64,000 nt of DNA. It comes from Lingula anatina (taxonomy: Eukaryota; Animalia; Brachiopoda). The stretch covers positions 18,848,001 through 18,912,000 of the forward strand of contig CM120640.1 of the NCBI GenBank assembly GCA_051362555.1. Direction: 5' to 3'. This document shows positions 41,082-64,000 of this stretch, piece by piece (position 1 is the stretch's first letter; each line of letters starts with the position of its first letter). Made by a program: the position numbers and the translations under genes. The notes under the pieces were generated by a model, which ran no database searches, was not told the origin of the DNA, and saw only the letters and a program-made list of their open reading frames with translations.

Positions 41082-42139
41082 TAGCGCTTTTTTCAGGGTT
41101 TGTAAGATTTAATACAAAGACAACTATCTTATCCAATCATACTAGGCATTTTAAGCAAATCAGCAACTGAAAAATAATAGTGACGATAGAATTACACGTA
41201 CCTTTGGATGTTAGGAGCCATATCAGGTGTAAAGTTTTCCAGTCTCCAAGTAAGGTCTCGTTTCCTCCATCCGCCGTTTCTGGTTTGTCTTTTAGTTATC
41301 CTAACACCATACTGTGACGCCCCCATCTCGCTGTCAGGCCCCATATCAGCCATTCCACACCGAGGCATCTTCATCATGAGGCGTGTGCGAAAGTCCATGC
41401 GGCCGGTCACACGGATGTGAGCCATTCGTTGGAAGTTCCTTAATTTTCAAATTCTTGTGTTCAGAATTACGTTTTATATGACGACGTAAATTGAAAGACA
41501 CCCTCGCAACTTAAGTTTTGAGCATCGTAACGATCTTCAGGTTTTAGATATAACGTTTTGATATATGAATTAAATCCCAGTATCTAACTGGATGTATATT
41601 TTTATGGAGGTCAAAATTTGAGCATAAAATACGACATTGATCAATTTGCATTTACATTTTTGAAATATAATTATTGAAACCCGGTATTATGTAATTTACT
41701 TACTCGATTGCTGTCCGCATTTTTTCAGTGCTCATTTCTCCTTCTCCTGACATATACCCAAACTGATCGAGATATGACTTTAAAAAGAAAAAAAGTATAC
41801 AATTAAAGACTTACGGCAATACGCAACTGCTTTTTTCAAACAAGCTGGTAAAATATAATATAAATAAGGCCGTTTTCTTGATGCTCGGTTTGGCTCAAAA
41901 CATCCGTGATTTAAATCACTTTTATAATCTAAGTAGCATCTAAAATGAAAAAGTTGTTCTTAATTTCAAATTCAGTTGCCATTCTATGGAAGGTCCGGAC
42001 TTACCATGTCATCATCATTCATATTCACTTGTCGCATCATATTTCGAGTACGAATCTTATCCAGTAAGCTCTGTCCTTGTATTGCTACAAATAGAACAGT
42101 GAAGGTAAAGCAGGACAACGTTAGCGCAACCCCCCTCAT
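37679..42139 (-). CDS. MMP-A copy 4 (retains the native upstream region)
   Basis: Same exon structure. The signal peptide is MRGVALTLSCFTFTVLFVAIQG, the catalytic exon matches copy 1 (FFPE/GIDL) and the C-terminus is GPTWFGC. Confidence 0.9.
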
Positions 42140-42881
42140 TTTTCTCCTTGCTTCGAACGTGCAATCAAGACTGCTCAACTGTCTCTGTTTTGGTCCTCTT
42201 ATATGAACCAGGAGCCTGAAAATAACGCCAACTTTTGTTATCTGAGTCAACAGTACGATGATTTTAACCAATGAAAAAGCCGCGGTATGGACGTCTGTGG
42301 GGGTCAGGATGACGCATGTTTTAGCGTTACGTTCTACCTGGTTAAAAATAAAGTTTTTCAGCTGAAGCATATTATTGAAAATCAAATATTTGTGTCTTTT
42401 ACGGCGACTTGGCTCAGCATGCCGGATACTTAAAATTCTAGAATACCTATGTTTTTATAAAGAATAGTATGTAGTAATTATTCTAATTTTAGTCGGCTGT
42501 GGTTTGCAACACAACACTTGCTGTCCATAAAAGAAAACGTGTCTGAATTGAGGAAACATGACAATCAGAAAAGCCAAAATAACAGTCACCCTGATTGAAT
42601 GCATTTCATTTCACGATAGCATACTATGTTACCAAAGAGAGAGAGATGGAGAGATGAGGGAAGGGAGAGAGCACCAATCTGCCAATACTTCACACAAGCA
42701 CAGACAAATTGATGTCCGTGTTATTGACATTTTCAATTTTTTTTCATTTGTCTCTCTTAATTTACACCAAAATTCAGATCCATGACCTTGTGTATAAGCT
42801 TTAGTTTAACAAATTGTGCTGTATATTTGCTATCTTGCTAGTACAGACGTTCACGGTACGGAATTCAAATAGGTAGGTCCA

Positions 42882-42915
<34 letters not shown>

Positions 42916-43524
42916 GGGGGGGGGGGGGTACGAGAAGGAGACAAATGATAGAAAATATGAAATATTTCCCCAGGATACATATACCTTGAACAATCCTTTT
43001 GGATAGACTGTGGTAGCATGTTCCAAGTCTCAACACCCTCCTCCCAATTTGGGCCTTCAACTTTTTCGAGCTGAAACCTAAGAACTGTAAGTGTGTGGAT
43101 ATAATTAGCACGGAATGTCATCTTTTTTTGAAAAACTTATTGCCTACACTCTATATAACAAAATTAGCATTTCTGGAAATGATAACACAAGCACAAAATA
43201 TAACATACTTTTTTAAAAATTAACTTGTGAAGATATTACCAAAGTTTACCAGTCTTTACGTAGAAATGTTCGAAAGTCAAAGCGTGGGTGTTGATTGTCA
43301 CTTATAAATCAAAATAAATCAAGTTAATTTCGTTAAGAATTTCCTATTCATCATAAATCAAATTTAATTTATTCATTCCTGATTTTCGGGGAGCTTTAAT
43401 GAGAAACTAATGCCGTAGATTGGAACAAGGAAGCATGAAGGGAAATTCAATCATAAAGGTAAATTGCACGCTAATAGGTGTCAGACATCAGAGATGTAGG
43501 CCCCTACTGGCTAGATGTCTGTGT

Positions 43525-43555
<31 letters not shown>

Positions 43556-45455
43556 GAAGCAACAAAGGCTTACTTATATTTAGGTTTACTTTATTTGTTT
43601 GCGACTGTAAAGCTGACTTATTTTCTTCTTTTCCCCTTTTATTTGTATATATACATATGTGTGTGTGTGTGTTTGTGTGTGTGCGTGTGTGTGTGTGTGT
43701 ACTCTAAATCTACTAAACTCGACGAATATAAAATAAATATGCTACATTAGGTTTGCATTTTAACGTTTATTTTTCTTTTAAAACTAGATAAAAATAACTA
43801 TGAACCTAATTTTCTTACAAGTGTCACAAAGAGTTTGATAAAAAGCCTTGGCATTGAACAAAACAGAGTAATGTTCGATTAACTAACATCAGGAAGTCAT
43901 TAGAATTCGCTTGTTTAAGTTAACCAGTTCACTGATTTTTGAAAATTCTCATTTCCATTTCGGAAGGAGAGGAAGGGATTTGGAAAAACCATGATTCAAC
44001 ATTGCACAAGTGTAATATTGACATAAAAGATGAAGAAAAAAAGAACTCCATTATCAGGAAAGAAAGCTCTTAACGTAGTTTTCCAACACTTTGACAGTCC
44101 ATTTTTTTGAGGTCAGTAACCTTCCGCGTTGTGTTAATGGCGTCCAGACTTTCGGCCTTGAACACAGATAATCCTAGCTGTAAAAACAAACGTAGTGTTT
44201 CCGACATCAGTTGGTCTCTATGGCAAAACAGAATAACGCAATGCTCCACACGTCAGCTGGTTTCTATAGCATCAACGTGTGCCTAATTTGGTATTTTCAA
44301 CTTTTAAAGCAAATGTGCGCCAACTTCAGAAAATGTTTATCAAGATTGATCTGAAAGAACGCAGAAATTATGCAGTCTGTTAGGAAAATTTTTTATACCA
44401 AATGATAAACGAAGGTATTAGGTCAATCCGTTTATAAAGATTTAACTGTGTACAAGTTCTAATAAAAATGTGTATGTTCAAATAAAAAAGTATTTGTAGT
44501 GATGCAAAGGATCAGGAGTTCTGTGCAATTTTTGCAAAATGCAACGCAGAACAACTGAGACAACAACAACAACAACAGTTCCAACAGATATTTTTACATG
44601 TATTTTGTCTACAAACTTTTCAAATATCAATATAACAATGTATAATATGTTTTCAGTTGTAAGTTGCAGTGTGTAATACATATTTAGAATGTTTGCGATA
44701 CTTGGTAAAATGAAAAGGGGTATGTTTTACACTCTTTTCAATGCAGAAATCGCTGTTGATAATCACCCCCGTCATGGTCGAGTCACACTTACTTTTATAA
44801 AACACATTATAGGAGGTGTACATTCGCCATCACTTTTATAGTATTAATGACACTCGCAATTGTCCGTGAGATGCTTAGTTTTATAAAAAAAAAACACATG
44901 GTCTCGGTCCACGTTACTAATACTTAAAATAATGTTGAAGTTCCGTTTTAAGGAACAGGATACGGGATCTAAGCGCAGAAAAAAAATAATTGACAAAATG
45001 ACTAGTGTCCTAAACAGTGTTAACCAACCACCAATGTGTCAAATCCTCAATTCCTAATAACTATACCATACCAATTTAAAAAATGGTGTCTAAAACAAAA
45101 TAAGGTATATTGAAGACAAGAAAGACCATGGGTTGTCCCTGTGCTCTTAGACCCATAATTCACGAGCCCAAGCTTTACTACAGTAACATAACATGCTTAA
45201 TTATCAACTTTACTTTGTTTTCAGATTTTCTCTGACACATTTTCTTTTAAAGAAACATACTGGCCTTAGCAAGAGTGTTTTTTTTTTTTTTTTTCATAGC
45301 AAAATATCCTCAAACACATCAATGAAAAGGACCTGCGCTCAACACAGGCATACACCATTCGTTGTTATAAATATATCTGAGCAAAACCTATTTACAAATT
45401 TAAGTCACTTTTTCCAGATAAGAAAAAAATCCGGCTTGGTAACGTGTGGTGTGGA

Positions 45456-50977
<5,522 letters not shown>

Positions 50978-53453
50978 TTTGTTGCTTTCCTCTTTTTTTC
51001 ACTTAAACTGCTATAACCGCGTTCAAACTGAAACGGGATGAATACTAAACTGATTCTTTTCTCTCCTTGCGTCCTTTTAAGTGTATTCTGCTTTTTAAGG
51101 AGGTCAGATTTCGCCCCCCCTAGTCTAAATATTAGAGCAATACATATTTACTCTGTAAATATTTTAGAGTGTGGGTTGCTTGTGATTGACCCAGCGACCA
51201 GTGGGAAGTGAAGCAATGACGTCTATCCAAAAACTTGAGTAACCGACATTATGAAACGAGCTTTTTTTGTCATATGAGGCGCACTATTAAACAGGGACAC
51301 GTTATGTGATCAAATATTACTTATATTTGCATTATATATCTTTAATGTAAATTCTTTTGATAGACTTATCTTGAAATGTAGGTTCGAAAGATATTATTGG
51401 CCTTACTCATTCTTTCTTTTCAACAGTCTTGAAACGCATGTAACTGGACAACTATGTGATATCATATGAATGGCAGAACTAGACAATATGAAAAGAATGT
51501 TCTCCGAAAGTATTTCAGGTGCACAAAGTCGTCTTAATAATAGACCATCAACAATAATCCGGAAGAAAGTGACACAATTTTTGACAATGACCATCGGATT
51601 TAATTCTGCTTAGGTGTAACAAAACCTTAGAGTGTGTGTGGTCGGTGTAGACTACAGTAAACAAAAATTTTTCTTACCGCAAATATCATGTAATAAAAAA
51701 CGGACATGCCGCCGTAAATTGTCCCGTTCTTGTTTTATGGACTGTTGATGTTGTGAATTAGGCAAAATTGCACATTTTTATTAAAATAACATATAGCAGA
51801 CAGCATGATTGCCAAGAAAAAGAATGAATTTTGTACTTATAATATCTGTCCACGATAGGAGTTTATTAGGGATAAGCTAAACTCTTGTGGATTACTCTTG
51901 TTAGATCAGTTATACACGAGATAAAAACCTTATGCTATGAATCAGAATTATCGTTTGACAAAAACGATTTACAAAAATCTTCAACCTAATTTTTTGGCTT
52001 TGGGCACATAAAATTATGAATTTATGCATAAAAGAATTCATTGAAGTGAGTATGAGCGAAATTTCACTCTACATAAAAATAATACAATAATAATATAAAA
52101 CGCAAAATTACAAAACGGTCAGAAAGTGACCAATACAAATTTCAGTTGTCACCATCAGCGCCAAACAGTGGAGGTGACTGTGGTAAACAGTGTTATCATC
52201 GTTTATATTGAATCATTCTCCAAAATTACCGCAATCTTATTGCTTGCGCGAAGCATAAACGCCACTTCTGGACTACAACACGCACTTTCCGACACATGTA
52301 CAGGCTTTGTCATTCGCCACCTTTAATACGGATGTATTGCAATATTAAAGGCCGGATTTCCTGTCAGATATAGTAAGCCCTGGTATACTTTCTGGACGAT
52401 TCAGCTCGTGTATCAGTTTAGCTTCAGCGATTTGATTACTTAAAGGACACCCACATGACATTGCGATATTGCTTGCTATGAATCATTTTTCATTAGGTAA
52501 CGAATTTTGAACCTTTATCAAAATCACAATGGTGAGAGTAGGTCACCCCCCCCCCCCTCTCTTGGCTTACGGTACTCGAAATTCCTTAGATGCTTGATGA
52601 TGCTTAAATGTGAAATCGTAGAAAAAAAACAGAGGGAGTATTGAAAAGAGAGTAAAATGAGCGCTTAGTTGACTCTCCTAAGTTGTTTAACTTAGGCACC
52701 TACTTGATGAACAATGCGTCACATGAAGCAAGCTGAAGTGTTCATTCTAGTCTTTCATGATGCTCTTTTATTTTTCCTTCGTCTAATGCATCACAATGAC
52801 AAATATAATCAAAACAATTGTTATAACTATTATTTCATGCAAAAATGATGATCAGACTTTAACAATGCGTTAGCTGTGACTAAAGGAATTAGAAACCACT
52901 CCGCGAAAGCAATCCAATGGGTTGCGTCACATATTCTCTTACCAGTTTAGGCTGGAGATTGTCATTGGTTGTTACTGTTACTGGTTGTCACTGTTTCGTT
53001 GGGGGAAATGTTACCCAGCAAAGCTCCAACCCTTTTTATTTTACATCATTATGTCCAGTTTTAATCACACAAAATCTGCATGCACTTTGGGAAATGAAAC
53101 GGTTTATATATTTAACCCTCAAAAGTAAGTCACAGGCCATGGTATTCTTCACCACAAATACAATCAGGTGAACCAACACTGTAAAATCTGCAGATCCCAC
53201 CTTCAACGTGTACTATAGTGTACACCATACCATTCTTATACATTATATCCTCATTTTCTATTTTTTAGGAACTAAAATTATCTTTAAAAATTATCGATAC
53301 CAAACGAATTTTTGTTATACGTAGTTAGTAAGGGGTTGCATTTTCTTGCAACAATGTAGTCTTTATTAAGTGCAAAGTTATGCTTATATCACATGTACTC
53401 TATTATTCCATGTCGTGTATGTAAACACAGATATTTTACTTTTAGGTCACTGC

Positions 53454-53497
<44 letters not shown>
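53454..53497. repeat. (AAT)n microsatellite
   Basis: Seen directly. Confidence 0.9.
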
Positions 53498-53498
<1 letters not shown>

Positions 53499-55357
53499 TC
53501 AACAACTGCAAGAACTACAAAAATTATAATTCTGCTGTAATGAAGCGCAATCTTCAATTTTCTTCTCTAACACAATCAAGATCTGACAATCGACTCGCTT
53601 TTGAATGATTACAGAGATGCGATCATTCAGAAATGCAGTGGACACTCATGATAAAGAACAAAGCAAATCTGTCATCTTAAATGAGCTCTGAGATTTAGAT
53701 TGCCTAGGGAAACCCATGTTTTGCCATACATTTGATAGAATGGCTCTTTAAAAGTCGCGATAAATGTAAATCAGCGGAACAATGATTCACGCTGAGCGTT
53801 GAGTTAGCCGGTGCATTGTCTGTAGAAATGAACAGAAGCGAAAATCAATATCTAGGATGGTGCTATAGCAACCTTCCTTTCCCTCCACAACTTGACTCTC
53901 ATTCTACACAATTCGATTTGACATACAAACAAATTTAGGATATAACAGTAAACACGACTTTTAACTCAGACAGCTGAACATTTGACTTTATGCTCCTTCA
54001 TCCATTCCCGTGTGTAACCTTACTTTTGTATTCTAGCATCTTAAGTTTGTTTAACGTACCAGGAGAGACCAAACGGGGGTGCATCGAAGCCAACATAACA
54101 CCCAGCAAAATCAATCGTTGCACCAAAGGCGTTTATTTCGCAGGGATTATGAATTGAAAAAAACAGAACAGACCCAATATTCACTTGTGAATTTTCAGTA
54201 AGTATGACGCATCACAGCAGGATAAGTTGTCACATATTATACTTCCCCTGGCAGCTACTTCCCGCGGGAAGACTTGTAACAATACTGGACGTCGCTGCAA
54301 CTGATCGCACCACTTAGAGGAAATGGAAGATCTCTCACAGGATGCTTGACAAAGAAGAACAATCCATCGTGACACATCGCAATATTGAAAGAATGGTTTC
54401 ACTGAAATCTGACTTGTATCACTGAGCCCCGACCCGGCTAAAGCTAATTAGAGCGAGCTGGGATTATATACACTAATTGAATTCTGTGTGAGATGAATGT
54501 TTACGTCACACTTTGCCAGCGGAGAGTAGAGCACAAGGATAGCTTTATTTACAACCCGTCCGGAAACGGCCTTATAAATGCACTGTTAATAGATTGCACA
54601 TGTGAGCTAGATGCTCGGAGAGAGAAAAAGAGACTGAAGTGAAAGTTAGGAGTAAAAACTGGCAATATAAATCGCGTTCGTTGTGCTAATTCAAAATTGT
54701 CTTGCAATATTCCAAAGTAGTCGAAGTATTATTTTAAAACCGATTTCCGACAACAATGCATATTCATGGAATTAGGACAGTTAGCAGACCATCCCCTACT
54801 AGCTAGACAACCCACAAGGAAGATGACACATGTTGTACTAATAGGATTTTAATGAATTATACACGACATCATTCATAAAGAGCACAACAAAGAAGAGGAA
54901 GGATCCATCATTGTGACAAGAGGACGCTGGAAACTGACCAACAAAGAGTTATTGCCAAGAAGACGCTTGCAGGGGTTTGATTTTTATCTTCGCAGACGAC
55001 GTTTGAAGCCAGAACTCACGCGCTCATAGTGCGGATAAAGCGGTCTAGGATTCCAGTCAGAACTAATTTAGCTTTATGTGTTTTACATGTTCGGTTTGTA
55101 TAAACACACAGTAGTACGGTTTGTCAGGGGGAAGGCTATATCGAAGCCACTGCACAGAACGGGATGTTAAACGTATACGGTACGGTGAAAAAGCCTGTAC
55201 ATGTAGCACACCAGCAGCAGCTTTTGGCAATCATACGCAATATATATAGCTGAATTCGGTTTCAGCGCTGGGCACGCTTAGCGTTGTGCCGTTCTTTTCC
55301 CAGCACTATATGAGTCAGTTACAACGAAGCTAGGGGAAAGCAGATAATTAAGACAAG

Positions 55358-64000
<8,643 letters not shown>

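Larger units (their letters stand above)
8076..42568. repeat. Four-unit head-to-tail tandem segmental duplication (units about 8076-16116, 16117-26496, 26497-34547, 34548-42568)
   Basis: The units are near-identical and the same ORFs recur in each. The same junction (...TGACAATC[A/G]G|CAAACACACCCTTTGG...) occurs at about 16120, 26500 and 34551. Unit 2 is longer because of a 2.34-kb insertion. Confidence 0.95.

Noticed and set aside
51400-55300. Additional gene or tRNA between MMP-B and MMP-C
   Set aside because: Only short ORFs with no recognisable motifs or consistent exon chain; I recognised no tRNA structure by eye.

Overview
Eukaryotic, intron-rich, AT-rich animal DNA; it looks invertebrate, but the species cannot be determined from sequence alone. 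From left to right: (1) the first coding exon of an unidentified minus-strand gene, head-to-head with (2) a complete 16-exon RNF10 gene (+, 1821-9942, 785 aa by my exon assembly). (3) A four-unit tandem array of about 8 kb units (about 8076-42568). Each unit has the RNF10 3' end (tail of exon 13 through the 3' UTR) and a complete 10-exon minus-strand matrix metalloproteinase, here called MMP-A. Unit 2 also carries a 2.34 kb TTAA-flanked piggyBac-like non-autonomous element with nested inverted-repeat elements. (4) A canonical 11-exon paralogue, MMP-B (-, 45456-50977). (5) A divergently oriented furin-type MMP-C (+, from 55358, running off the window end). The most unusual signal is MMP-A. It keeps the signal peptide, the cysteine switch, the catalytic HExxHxxGxxH motif and the hemopexin domain. 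It has lost all four structural-zinc ligands and the Met-turn methionine, which MMP-B and MMP-C both retain, and it is the gene amplified four-fold. Most short ORFs in the supplied track are spurious or are exon fragments. Exon boundaries were read by eye from GT-AG sites and frame continuity.
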